Below are positions 63,835-64,000 of a stretch of 64,000 nucleotides of DNA, in pieces (the stretch's first letter is position 1; the number at the start of each line of letters is the position of its first letter). Below the pieces are notes generated by a model. It did no database searches, was not told where the DNA came from, and worked only from the letters and a program-made list of their open reading frames with translations. Made by a program: the position numbers and the translations under genes. Where the stretch lies: NCBI GenBank assembly GCA_030141605.1, contig JAQGDQ010000043.1, positions 868,001 to 932,000 of the forward strand, in the 5' to 3' direction. This DNA comes from Tubiluchus corallicola (lineage: Eukaryota; Animalia; Priapulida).

Positions 63835-64000
63835 ACCAAGAATATTAATATAAGAGATTTTTATTTTGTGAAAGAATGTGTATGGCTTTGCCAATACACG
63901 TTTACTCTGAGTTTTTTGTAAAGTTTATAATGTGTTACTATATCTAGTAATACTGCCTTGTCGGTCTGCTTGCAAAAATGTCACTCATCATCCGAAATGT

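Overview
AT-rich, intron-rich invertebrate animal DNA; the species cannot be determined from the sequence alone. Five protein-coding genes were rebuilt by hand from phase-consistent GT-AG exons: (1) a small Grindelwald/BCMA-like single-CRD TNF-receptor-like membrane protein (minus, 6803-10068), (2) an RNF5/RNF185 ER-membrane RING E3 ligase (plus, 14984-17501), (3) the ERCC3/XPB TFIIH helicase (minus, 20916-32427, 18 coding exons), (4) the BLOC-2 subunit HPS5 with a C-terminal RING-H2 finger (plus, 35378-53932, 18 exons), head-to-head with ERCC3, and (5) a WSCD-family sulfotransferase without WSC domains (minus, 55767-61404). Introns and intergenic DNA hold many non-autonomous DNA transposons (hAT, Merlin/MULE-like, TTAA-flanked Kolobok- and piggyBac-like, pogo), a LINE remnant, a probable solo LTR and several minimal hammerhead-like motifs, some in inverted pairs. 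An ORF-less, apparently spliced plus-strand unit at about 1.7-5.4 kb is dense in hairpins, several with H/ACA snoRNA-like architecture. Most short ORFs in the track are spurious or exon fragments.
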